From Callorhinchus milii (lineage: Eukaryota): DNA of 64,000 bases. The position numbers and the translations under genes were made by a program. The first letter of the stretch is position 1, and the number at the start of each line of letters is the position of its first letter. The stretch spans positions 14,818,001 through 14,882,000 of the forward strand of contig NW_024704751.1 in NCBI RefSeq assembly GCF_018977255.1, written 5' to 3'. Under the pieces are notes generated by a model. That model made no database searches and had not been told where the DNA came from. It worked only from the letters and a program-made list of their open reading frames with translations. Below are positions 50,201-61,810 of the stretch, in pieces.

Positions 50201-53200
50201 TGCATTAAGACAATCTAGCTTGAAAGCTCATAGTACTCTGGCTCTCATCCCTCATCTGTAAAGAGTTTGACTAATAAAAGCCAATCATGTGTTAATTTGT
50301 ATGGAAGATTCCTGCTTATTTACAATACACATTTATGTTTATTGAGAACCCTTCGTGTTGGGGGTCATCTCAAAGTGCTTAACAGTACTGGTAGGTAGGT
50401 CTTGAGATGTACCTTTATTTGGTACATAACAGAGGAATAAACTGCTGAGAAGTCTAGGATCAGTTCTGAACTTTTGATTTTACTTGATCATTTTACAACA
50501 TGACAGTGTGGGAAAATAGCATCAGATCAGATCTAACACAATCTTTTGCTCCAGAAAAACACAGTTCTAACAGCTTTGCTTTTTATCTGCATGATCAGTT
50601 TCCTTCCTGTAGTTGCATTCAGCACTTGCAAACCATAGACATTGCGCTATCTTGTTGAGAGTGAGTTCTTGCACAAAACAGTGTTTAGGGTACAAGACAA
50701 AGTGTACAAGACTTCAACATCACATTCCAATAAGTTCTCATTCCATTTCAACCAAATCAATTCATGCTGTTATACAACAGGTCTATTCTAAAGCACCTCA
50801 CAAGCATAGCTATAACAGAAGGATTTCAATGCAGTGGTATAATTGGCCAAGATTGAAGTTGATGACATTTTTACATCTCAGGACCCAAGACTTAAGAATA
50901 ATGGTCTCAGTATAGGTTGATACTCCAGTGCAGTGCTTGGGGAGCATTGCATTGCTAAAATTGCTGGCTTTTGGATCAAACATTAATCCAAGGAGCTCAC
51001 CTGGCAGTCCTGGACTTTGCTCTGCACAAAATGGCTGCCATGTCTGTCTACAGAGAGTCAGCACAGCAATTACACACAAAGCATTGAGATGCTCTGATAA
51101 CCATATTTGGAATAACCCGCAGAACAACTACACCCCACCATGCAATTGAACATGCTAAAAATAAATAACATTTGAGGTTAGTAGAAAACGACATCAAACC
51201 CAAATCACCTCCAACCTGTACCCTAAACACTAACTTGAAATTCTGAAACGCAAGAAGTGCTTCCCCTTCATATGTATTTTGCTGAATTGCCCTAGATCTC
51301 CAGATGATGTCAAATCAGCTTCTGGGAATGGACATGATTTCCAAAAAATAGGCTGAAGGGTGGTTTGTGGGATCAGCTTGATGTTTAAATAAATCATATT
51401 CCATGCTTTCAAATTGGGAGTCAAATTCAAAGAGAAACGTGGAGAGGCAGAATGAAAGAGAGGGAAATGACTAAGAATAGAATGATAAGACAGTGAAGCA
51501 ATTCGACAATGATCAAATATTTAAGAACATTTACCACAAGGTTAAACATCTTCTCCGTCTGTTTTAGGCACATGGATTAAAAAGAGCGCTTGCGAATTCA
51601 TCTTGAGGGTCTTGTGTAGTGACCCTTGTGCAGTGACTTGTGTAGTTTGAAGGCAAACAGCAGCAGCAGCAAAAATTTGCACACAATGAAGTCCCGCAAA
51701 CACCCATCTGTCTTTCGGAAGAGAAGCTAAACCCAGATCCCCCTGTGCCTGTCCAGATGGTTGTTAAAGATCTCAAAAAGAGACGGGGGGGTCTCTCCTT
51801 GGCTGGCAATCGCTCCAGATAAAATTGGTCAACCTCACACTTCATAATAATAATAATAATAATAATAATCCTTGCATTTGATATAGCGCTTTTCACGTCA
51901 GGAGGACGTCCCAAAGCGCTTCACAGAACACACTGTAAAGTGAATTGACTGTATATTTGTGGGCGAACGCGGCAGCCAATTGCGCACAGCAATGTCCCAC
52001 AAACAGTCGTAGATTGAAAATGACCAATTTATTGTTGTTTTTGGTTTTGGAGGATTATTATTAGGCTCTGTGTGGAGTAAGGAAACTTGCCCAAGGTTTC
52101 GCCCTCTGCCTGGAATTGAACTCAGGTCTCTCACTTGCAAAGCGAGTGCTCTAACCACTGAGCTACAGGACTCCATGGGATGGCTGTTTGCGGGACATTG
52201 CGCCGCATGAAATTCACCTACAAAAGCACAGTCACCGCACTTCACAGTAACCGCCGTGTGAAGCGCTCCCGAGAGGTCGCGACGCGATAAAGGCGCTGCA
52301 TCCGACGCCGGGTGTCGGCGCCGTTTACGAAGCCGGCCGGCAAACCTTGGATCGGAAAGGGAGGCTGACCGGGAAGAAAACACGGGGTAGTCGGGCTCTT
52401 GGGCGAGAACGGGGAGGAGTTGGGATGGGGGTGGGGTGGGGGGGGGAGGGGAGGGAGACGGGCAATGGATGGTGAGCTGGGATACAGGCCGGGATGGAGA
52501 TTGGCGACAATGATCGCTGAGACGCCTCGGAGCGCTTCACGGGATATGCTGTCAAGTGAAGATCGGGATGAAGACTGGGATGCAAATTGGGATGGGGAGG
52601 GGGAGGGGGAGGGGGAGGGGGGAAAGGTCCTGTGTGTCCCCAAACCCCCCCCCCCCTCACCCCTCACCCCCTTTAATGAACCCTGACTGAAATTCCCACC
52701 GTCCCCGCGCGGTAACGGTCGGCGCGCGCGACTCCCACCGGCGCCAACCTGACTGGAGACCGTTAAAACGGGCGGTGGGTGGGGGGGGGGGAGGGGTGAG
52801 GGAAAGGGGAAAAAGGCGGGAGGACGAAAACCGACCGACCACAACAGCAGCAGCAGCGCAGTCACCGAGTCTTTTCGAGTCGTTTGTACTCGTCGTGCAG
52901 ATAGAGGGAGAGGGAGGGAGGGAGGGAGGGACATGGAGGGAAGGAGGGTGATGGAGGGAGGGAAGGAGATGGAGGGAAAGAGAGAGGGAGATGGAGGGAG
53001 GGAGAGGGAGGGAGAGGGAAAGAGGGAGGGACATGGAGAGAGGGAGGATGAAGGGAAGGAGGGAGATGGAGGGAGGGAGATGGAGGGAAAGAGAGAGGGA
53101 GATGGAGGGAGAGGGAGGGAGAGGGAGGGAGGGAGATGGATGGAGAGAAGGAGGGAGGGAGGGAGATGGAGGGATGGAGAGGGGGTATTGTTGAGGAGAT

Positions 53201-53337
53201 TTTGAGGTAATCTCTCTCTCTCTCTCTCCTCACTCACTCACCAGGTACACGGCGGCCAGCGCCAGGCAGCCGCTCCTGACATGGCAGCACAGGCAGCTGT
53301 GGCTCCCGCGGTAAGTGGCCGACACGAACTTCACCAT
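44142..53337 (-). CDS. LAPTM5: Lysosomal-associated transmembrane protein (LAPTM/Mtp family), 232 aa, at the LAPTM5 syntenic position
   Basis: Exons 53242-53337, 49176-49260, 48891-48967, 48396-48527, 48005-48097, 47529-47627 and 44142-44258 total 699 nt in frame: CLCCHVRSG N-terminus, SVWNCYKY motif, C-terminal PPAY motifs. The family call is secure; the LAPTM5 symbol rests on synteny with MATN1. Confidence 0.8.
47529..47627 (-). CDS. LAPTM5: LAPTM exon 6
   Basis: IFLIQSVWNCYKYVKEKEEENSLVQAVMKFRSE. Confidence 0.88.
48005..48097 (-). CDS. LAPTM5: LAPTM exon 5
   Basis: FYFPENDVVSSLSIKVMLMYTVVYAIVLGVK; (CT)n-CCAAG acceptor, GTAAGG donor. Confidence 0.82.
48396..48527 (-). CDS. LAPTM5: LAPTM exon 4
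   Basis: YRPRLMAPFLIYLIVEFIVYCIEVLSLYIPLPSYAHPKNYISYV; GTAAGC donor. Confidence 0.87.
48891..48967 (-). CDS. LAPTM5: LAPTM exon 3
   Basis: FDDVSYFVCDLLMVFISAVTIYGIFR; TTTCAG acceptor and GTAAGG donor. Confidence 0.87.
49176..49260 (-). CDS. LAPTM5: LAPTM exon 2
   Basis: ITWSTMAVVEMVKLFWPDSYTGEIAYKK; TCTCAG acceptor and GTAAGT donor. Confidence 0.8.
49460..49645 (+). mobile_element. CR1-like LINE 3' end fragment
   Basis: GGATCAGTCATGATC...GGAACAGGCTCGAAGGGCTGAA...CCTCCTGTTCCCATGTTCCTAT; related pieces at about 16725-16810(-), 17780-17900, 19120-19220 and 63495-63620. Confidence 0.75.
51845..52174 (-). mobile_element. Full-length copy of the same tRNA-derived SINE
   Basis: Reverse complement is nearly identical to 32938-33267. 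Confidence 0.93.
52903..53185. repeat. GA-rich (GGGA/GGAGATGGA) polypurine tract in LAPTM intron 1
   Basis: Near-pure purine strand for about 280 nt. Confidence 0.9.
53242..53337 (-). CDS. LAPTM5: LAPTM exon 1
   Basis: MVKFVSATYRGSHSCLCCHVRSGCLALAAVYL, GTGAGT donor. Confidence 0.88.
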
Positions 53338-53503
53338 CGTCTGTCCCCGGCGCTGCGATCCTCCTCTTTTTTTTCTCTCTCTCTCTTTCAGTGAGAGCGC
53401 CGACTTTTTCTTTTCTCTCTTCCTTTTCTCTCCCTCTCCCTCTCTCTTCTTTCTCTCTCTCTCTCAGACGAAACCCCGCAAAACTTATCTACCGGGTCTG
53501 CTG

Positions 53504-54024
53504 GGAGGACCGGTGGGCTCTCCTTGGAGGACCGGTGGGCTCTCCTTGGAGGACTCGTTGGCTCTCCTTGGAGGACCGGTGGGCTCTCCTTGGAGGACTC
53601 GTGGGCTCTCCTTGGAGGACCGGTGGGCTCTCCTTGGAGGACTCGTGGGCTCTCCTTGGAGGACTCGTTGGCTCTCCTTGGAGGACCGGTGGGCTCTCCT
53701 TGGAGGACTCGTTGGCTCTCCTTGGAGGACCGGTGGGCTCTCCTTGGAGGACTCGTGGGCTCTCCTTGGAGGACTCGTTGGCTCTCCTTGGAGGACCGGT
53801 GGGCTCTCCTTGGAGGACTCGTTGGCTCTCCTTGGAGGACTCGTTGGCTCTCCTGGAGGACGGTGGGCTCTCCTTGGAGGACTCGTGGGCTCTCCTTGGA
53901 GGACTGGTGGGCTCTCCTTGGAGGACCGGTGGGCTCTCCTTGGAGGACTCGTTGGCTCTCCTGGAGGACTGGTGGGCTCTCCTTGGAGGACCGGTGGGCT
54001 CTCCTTGGAGGACTCGTTGGCTCT
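53504..54024. repeat. 22-bp minisatellite (GGAGGACYSGTKGGCTCTCCTT)n, about 24 copies
   Basis: Directly visible tandem units GGAGGACCGGTGGGCTCTCCTT and GGAGGACTCGTTGGCTCTCCTT, with no spacers. Confidence 0.97.
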
Positions 54025-54269
54025 GCTGGGATTGACTCCTCGGAAGCTGCCGGGAGCGCCTCAGAACTGTTCGAAAGATCCCTTTAGGTCTACTGGGAAG
54101 GTTCCCTTTGGATGCTGCTGGGAGTAAGGATTCCCCCCCCCCCACCAGCCCGGGAAAAAAGGCCTCCTTTTTGGGAAAGGGAGACACGAGACAACAGCAG
54201 CGGACGGCTTGGAAAGTCCCCGTCAAACCTGCGTCGCCACCAAACCCCACCCCACCCCACCCCCCCAAA

Positions 54270-54440
54270 AAAAAAGGAAGTCACTTCCCCCTCCCTCGCT
54301 TCCTGCGTGTAATGGCCCTCCACGTGACGCCGCCACAAAGTTCTTTGTTGAAAAACAATTTTTTTTCTCTCTGCTCTGCTCGAAAAGAAAGTTTCCTGGC
54401 GCTCGACTTCCGCACGCCGTGAATTCCCCTTGACGTAACC
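54270..54440. promoter_or_regulatory. Putative LAPTM upstream regulatory cluster: inverted ETS pair, CLEAR-like E-box, CRE-like site
   Basis: AAAAAGGAAGTCACTTCCCC at 54271-54290; CACGTGAC at 54321-54328; TGACGTAA at 54431-54438; CpG-rich. Confidence 0.45.
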
Positions 54441-54924
54441 CTTACCACCACACCCCCACCCCCCCACCCCACCCCCGCCCTCCCCGACACCACCCCGCCT
54501 CAACGAGATCTGCCAGCGAGGGTACAAAGAAAACGTTAACACGCACTCATATATATATATATAGTGATGATAGTGATGATAATAATCCTTGCATTTGATA
54601 ATAGGGCCTTGTCACGTGGTTGAGACGTCTCAAAAGGGCTTCACAGAACGCATCGGAAAACGTGGATTGACTGTGCACGTTCGGGGGAGAAACACGGCGG
54701 CCAGTTTATCGGTGTGGAACTATCTGTTTCTCGGCACACCCAAGTTGTAGACCGTTTCTGGCCTAAAATGACTGCAGTGTCAGGTGGATGCGTTGGAGGA
54801 GTCGACTTGTCTGAATTGGTGGCGTTCGGATTCAGAAAGTTAGGGGTTGAAGCCCCATGAAGACAACAACAATTTGCATTTACGTAGCACCCTTCACGTA
54901 GGGTAAAACGTCCCATAATAATGT

Positions 54925-55225
54925 AATAATAATAATCCTTGCATTTGATATAGCGCATTTCACGTCTTCTCGACATCTCAAAGCGCTTCACAGAATAGAC
55001 TAAAGTGAACTGACTGTATATTTGTGGGCGAAATTGCGCACAGCAGTGTCCCACAAACAGTCGTGGATTGAAAATGACCAATTTATTATTGTTTTATTTT
55101 GGAGATTATTATTAGGCTCTGTGTGGAGTAAGGAAACTTGCCCAAGGTTTCGCCCTCTGCCTGGAATTGAACTCAGGTCTCTCGCTTGCAAGGCGAGTGC
55201 TCTAACCACTGAGCTATAGGACTCC
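54925..55225 (-). mobile_element. Near full-length copy of the same tRNA-derived SINE
   Basis: Reverse complement matches 32938-33267 with small internal deletions. Confidence 0.92.
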
Positions 55226-58200
55226 GCAGTGGCAGGGTTGGACGCTGAGCTAGGGAGAAAGGAGAGGACTCATGGGTTCAAACCCCACAACAGAACTTGA
55301 GCTCACAGATCCAGGCTGACGTCCCGGGCATTCCTAGGGACAGGCCTCGCAGTGTTCTTTGCCTTTTGAATGAGGCGTTAACCCATCTGCTTGTAAAAGA
55401 TGAAATGGTTCTATTGCTAAAGAGGAGGGAGTTTCTCCCAGTGTCCTGGACAACAATTCTCCAGATTACTTGGTCACTCACCTCATGGCAGTAAGTGAGA
55501 CCTCGCTGCATGCAAACTGGCTGCTATGTTAGCTGACAAAAAACACTTACTACACCAGACAGTAATTACCTGTTTTATACTGCTTTGAGACCTGCTTTGA
55601 AAGTTTGGCTTTATAGCTGTTAAATTACTGTTCAATTTGTAATTCAGCCTTGTCACAGACTGTCACCTGCTTCAAATCTCGCAAGTCTGAATCTTTGATG
55701 CAGATCTTTTGAAAATGTGTGACAGATCCAAAAATGTAACCAGACAATGGGGAAAGTTTTACCAAATTAAATCCATGGAAAATGTAGCAACATTTACTAA
55801 AAAATATACAACTTCGGCCTTGCTTATATGCAATTCTGATTGCACAGCTCATAGAATGATTGTAAAGTTTTTAAATGTGGAATGTCTGTATGTCCTTAAT
55901 AGCACTGGTGAATGGGAAGCAATGTAGAGTTTCTAACTGTCTGGATGCACTGACGTACATATCCTTGGAGACCATGATAGTTCCAAGAAAAGCAGAAAAC
56001 CAAAGGTTTGAAGCTATGTGCATTGACATTAGGTGAGCAATAAAAAATAAACAAATATTTTTCACAGTCTAGACAGTGCAGAAATAATATACATAGTCAA
56101 ATCAGCACATTATTACTAGTTGGAGGAGGCTTGCGTTCAGTTTTTTTATCTAGAAAAAATATTTCTCCCCCGATGGAAAACTTTTTATGGGAATAATTTA
56201 AAATAGAAAATAAAATATTTTTAAATAAAACTAAATACTGTTTGATACTCGATACCTGAATTTCTCCCCCATCTCCTTTTCAGATCGGTGGGGGAGAGAA
56301 CCTTTCTCTGTGCTCCACTTTCAATGAATAAGTAAATATTCTTGCAATTGATTTCACACCAATAACATCAACATGCCTCAATAATCTTACAGAGAATTAC
56401 TGCCAAGTAAAATGACTGCAGGCAAAAGGGGCAGCTATTTTGAACACGAATCAAGATCTCATGAACAAAGTAGCCATGAAATAAATAACCAGTTCATCTG
56501 GAGAGTTGTGGGCCAGAATATCAGGAAAAATTCCCTTTCGTTTTGAATATTCCTACAGGATTTTGAACATCTGCAACAATCAGGTGTGCCCTCAATTTAA
56601 AGCATCACCCGAAGGACGACACCTTCAATTCAAGACTTCACCAGCACTGTTCTGGGGTGTGAACCTAGACTGAGTTTGCATCCCGATGCAACCTCCTTTC
56701 CCAGAGGAGAGAGTATCAACTCAGCCAAGAACACACACTCTACATTTCGTATTCCTCATTAAAATTAAGCAAATAAAATCCCATTGCTTGTGAACAAAGT
56801 GACATCATTATATTATTTAATATTGAGCAAAGCTTGTAAATCAAACCCACGCTGTCTGGAAAACTGATGTGTGCACGCACGCCCTCGCGTGAAAACAAAA
56901 TTTGGATTTGGAAATTTAGATTTGGAAATGCTTCACAAAAAGGCACAACACCTCTAAGAAAATTCTCGGTCTTGAAAGGAAGAAGAGAATCCATTTGAGT
57001 CGCCCTGAGATGAAAGAAGCAAGGGATTCTCCGAAGATGCAACCCTGGAAATACCCTCACATCAAAGATGGGATCTCTGGGTTGTTTCACAGAAGCAACC
57101 AGGCAGAGAGAACTGACAGAATAGATCTCGCTGTACCTGCCTGTCCATATCCAAAATCAGTTGAGGTTTAACTTATTTTTCAACAACTGCATGGTCCTCA
57201 ACCAGATGATACTCGGAGAAGAAAGGCACAGTTGTAACTAAGCAGTATATTTCACAATTTATTTTGGTTATCAGATCAAAAAGAATGCAATAGAGGTGCG
57301 TGCGAGTGATCTTGTCCCACAGTTTTACTCTTCCTTCCCGCATATTTAACTTGCTGGTGGATATTTCGATCATTCCTTCCACCACACCAGAATGTAAAGT
57401 GGCAATGACCCAATGTACTGGAAGTACTGTGTACAGATTAAGGTCGACTTACTTATTCAGTCACGTCACTAAGTAGGATGGCAAAGAATGGCAATTACAA
57501 ATGTAGCATTCTACTGCTGGGAAGACAGGCTTATTAATAATTGAATTGCCCTCTCAAGATTTCAAGTGGAACCTATTCAAATCTGGCATCTAATTTGCAT
57601 TTTCTATGTTGGTATATAATCACACTGATTGTTAAACCACATCGCATCACATAATGGAATACTTTTGGCCATACCAAATCCATTGTTGTGACTAAATGGA
57701 GCAAGTGCAAAAAAACAATGGAACAGAACCCATTTCAATGTATATAGCTTTCTAGGGCCACTGGCGAAACTGATCTAACATACTGAACTAAACGGTCAAT
57801 TGCGTACTTTCATTACAAGGTTTTCTATTTATTAATTCGCAAGTAATTTCCCATCTTACAATCTCAACGGGCATTTTGCTTAATTTTTCCGGTGCTGCCA
57901 TGTTTCGATCTCTTAAAGAAATGGGCAAATAATTGGAACATGAAAGAAAGTATGGGTCGACTTATTAGGATTCTTTGAAATAAATCGTTACATACAAGTC
58001 AAATATTTCACTAGACAATTTAATTCATTTTGATGTGAGACCCTTTTCTGCCTCTGTCTCTTGATTTTTTGTTTAAAACCAGGCATTGCTTCCCAAACCC
58101 CCAACCTTTTTAAGAATAAAAGACTGAATATTTTATAGAAAAGGTTACAGCTTTAAAGCGTTAACATTGCTCATGGTAATAACAGTTGAGGTAATATATA

Positions 58201-61200
58201 ATCCACTGCAGCTAAATACCCTTTGGTATTCGAATATACTAGATGGACAATATAATACTTTTCGAGAATATAGTCCTACGATATTCCATCACTTAATACG
58301 TATATGCTATAAATGAAATGAGCTTATTCTCAAATAAAACTACAACTTGGGTTCAAACTTATTTCATTTTCTGTGCGTGTGTTGACAGAAAACCTGACCC
58401 AGACATATCAACAACACATTGAAGATGACAAGCTGATATATCTAACCTCAACCAAACTTTCACGCTAAAATGGAAATGTACTCCGATGGGTTTTTGAAAA
58501 TCTTTCCAAGAAGCAGAAGCAGGAATCTGGGAGGAGTGTGCACCCTTTATATTCACAGTTTTACAAACACGGCATCGTGTTTCCTCTGGCCAGGGCTACT
58601 TCCTACCACACTGAGGTTTATGCAACAGTACCTCCATTTGCTTGTTAGTTTTTTTGCAGATCGCCGGAATGCTACGCAGTCAAAGGACGTTCAGTAACAT
58701 GCTGTCCCTGGGAACTGCTTAAAAACTCAACAGTCAAAATAGTGAATACCTTCCACACAACTTCAGTGATTTAAAATTGACCCAGAACATGGCCACAACT
58801 TCTATTTGTTTTTACACATTTTAAATTGAGTTCAATCAAACTATGTTCGAGTGGTATTCTGGACAGAAGCGCTCTGTCTGTGTAATATCTTGAAAATATC
58901 AATCAGGAGTGGAGAACAGCAAACCAGGTTGAAAGTTATGAACAAGCTTTTTATTTTATCAGGAAATACCGGATTTACCTGCAACTCCATTTATGTGTCC
59001 TGTCTCCTACAGATTCAGAAGCTCATCAAGCACTGCAAATAATTTGCCTTGCTTTTGCAGCTGAAAATGGCAAGCCACAAAAATATTTTTAAACATAAAG
59101 GAATCACTGATACATCAGGCCACTGTATTAGCAAAGAGTAGTGCAAAGATTTCCCAATATTTTATGCATTCTGGTTTAATACCCTTGTTAATATGGTAAT
59201 ATTCGGATGATGTGCTATATCTGAATGCAAAAGTAAAACTTTTGAATCACTTAAAGCCCTCCATAGTATTTCTCCTCCCCGCGCGACCTACTTAAACGGT
59301 TATCTCCCTGCCCCCTCCACCATTGGCAGTTGGGCCTTCTGCCTTTCGACCTCCACCATCTGGAACTCCATCCTGGGGCCCCTCTACCTCACCCTCTCCT
59401 TTGCCTCCTTCGAGGCCCTTCCTAGTTGACTGTGCCTTCGATCATCCTCCCACCTCCACCTCTCCTTGCCCTCCAAACCCCAGCTCGGGTGCAAACCCTT
59501 CACTGCGCAGATCCTTGGAACGAACGTCCTCTCGATGTCAAAGGTGCTCTTTAAATGTAATTTGGTTGTTGTTTGAGATTGGGCTGATGCTTAATTCAGC
59601 GCACGGTTAATTTGGCGACAGATTAGGGGTCGCAATTTTAGGCATGACACCTGAGTATGAGCACTGAAGTAGCAGCCAAGAATATGAGCTCAAGTGCCCA
59701 TATGAGCTTCGAATCCACACCCTGCCGCCCAGATCTGAGAGCATTGGCAACACGATCAAGTCAGTATGTGTTTATTATATCATTTAGGGTGTGCGTATAT
59801 TTTGGAAGTGGGGGGAGAAGACGTTATCTTCACTGGAGTATAGGAATGGCAAATTATCACTGATATTTTCCATAGAGTCTCATTGTACTGTATGTAGTCA
59901 CTGATGATTTATAAGTCAATTGCAGCGAATGTGTGTAGCACATTCTTCAGTGCCTCAAGGCTTCCTCGCACATGTGAGAAATGTTTTGCTTTAAACATAA
60001 TTAATGGAAGTAATGTCAGTTTTTTTTTAAGTGTCCATATAAAAATAATCCTTTGTACCATTTGCTGAAGTGATCCAAGCGGAACTATTTTTCAAGGATG
60101 GCGGAACAACTCATACATTTGAAGTTTGGCCTTATTTTGAACACAGTGCTCACGAAGAGAACAGTTTGTCCTCAACTGCTTTTGACTAATGTTGCATTAC
60201 TGACTGGACAAGGGAAAATTTGGCCAGGAATTGGACCCTTGGATAAATTAGACTTTGCAAGTCCTGTTTAGCATGTCGTACAAAATATTTTTTTTTCTGA
60301 TTTGATTCTTAGCGGACCTTAAAGTCTAATTTATAATGTTTGACTGCAACCTTTGGCACCAAATTGTCCGCTGACAAGTTTAAGTAAAAGACCTTCAAAC
60401 ACATGAAGTTACAAACAAATTACTGAAAAAGAACTGTAAGGCAATTGTGAAAAACATTTAAGGTGCAATTTTCGGCTTCTTTTCCCCACCCTTTTATTTT
60501 TCACCATTTTATTTTTGTAGACGGCTGGCTAGGAATTGAATAGTGATTTCACTTATCGAATAAAACGAGTATTTCACACAAAAAAACCCAGAACAGAATT
60601 CAGGAACCTATATAACTTGGAATAGATCACTTCATTACTTAATTCTTCTTGGTAATATTGAAACAGTTTATCCAGTGAATAAGTGAGCCATACAGATAAG
60701 AAACAATTCAGATTTAATTGCTGAATTCAAGGGGTTGCTGCTATATTGCCTCACAAAGTCTGGGTTGAAAGGGAGGAAAAATGATCCAGGGTTTCTGCTC
60801 CTTATCCCTATCCAGTAACTGAAGTCGGTTAAATGCGCACAATGACCACTTGGTTGGGGATGCAGAATAACAGAGGAGCTCCTTCCCTTCTGATTTACGA
60901 TCGACTTTTAAGGCATTGCACTTCATTAACATTGCATGCAGTTTACAAGAAGTAAAGTGACTCAGAATAGATAAGAAATTGGCAATAACAGAACGTGGCT
61001 TTGGTTTGTATTTGATAAAAGGGTGGCAGAACAGCAATAGAAGTACTGCATTGAAACATGTGAAGGGTGTTTTTTTTTCACTGGCAATAAGATGCATAGT
61101 TTGGATATACACAAAGCCTTTGAAGCACCACAACGTGAAAATACAATGTGTCGCATGTTCAGTTGTCTTCTTTAATATTATTATAATATTTACAAAGTGT

Positions 61201-61530
61201 TGCGTTAATTGCTATACCAAGTTTTCAAAACACGTGGCAGACAAAACTCTACATGACATCTGGTGAACAATACAATAGCAGGAAACTCAGCGAGGTTTAT
61301 GTTCTAATGGCTTTGTTTACCTGAAATTTGCGATTCACCAGCTACAAATTTCGCAACCCGATTTGGAAACTGGAAGGTGCAATAATGCAATACTGCTTAC
61401 GAATGGTGCAATTTCTACTCTCTAGTTACTGAACGCCACAGATATGTCACAATACAGACGGTACAGCCGAGTTAGTGAATGTTGGTGAACAACAGCTATC
61501 TCAGAGGTTACAGGGCTGAACAGGACTGCC

Positions 61531-61810
61531 TGGGGACTGGGTAGAGTAGTTGGCTGGGAGACCATCCTTTCACTTCAGGGATCCAACCAAACTACCGGGA
61601 CTAATTCTTTCTCCTGGCTGGGCAGCTCTTGAGTAAAATAATTTTGGAGCCGTTTCAAGCCACTTCCTTGTGGGCATAAGTCCATTGCTCCAAACAACCC
61701 ACTGAGAGGGAGCCCAACTGAGTAAGTCTGCACAGGTGCACGAGGTGTGCTTCTAAGGTTGGGGTTAAGGAATCTTGTTAGGACAGAGTAGATGAAGTTT
61801 TGCTATGCAT
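61531..61810 (+). mobile_element. LF-SINE-like ancient element
   Basis: Collinear blocks GGGGACTGG, CCTTTCACTTCAGG, GTAAAATAATTTTGG..CCACTTCCTTGTGGGCA..GTCCA and AGGTTGGGGTTAAGG..GGACAGAGT..GAAGTTT resemble the LF-SINE consensus as recalled. Confidence 0.45.

Noticed and set aside
52242-53237. 331-aa Pro/Ser/Leu-rich ORF
   Set aside because: Translation of the GA-rich tract and CpG island in LAPTM intron 1.
53315-54268. Long ORFs (187-270 aa) with LLGGPVGSPWRT repeats; CRISPR-like appearance
   Set aside because: These are translations of a 22-bp minisatellite. There are no unique spacers and no cas genes, and the context is eukaryotic.
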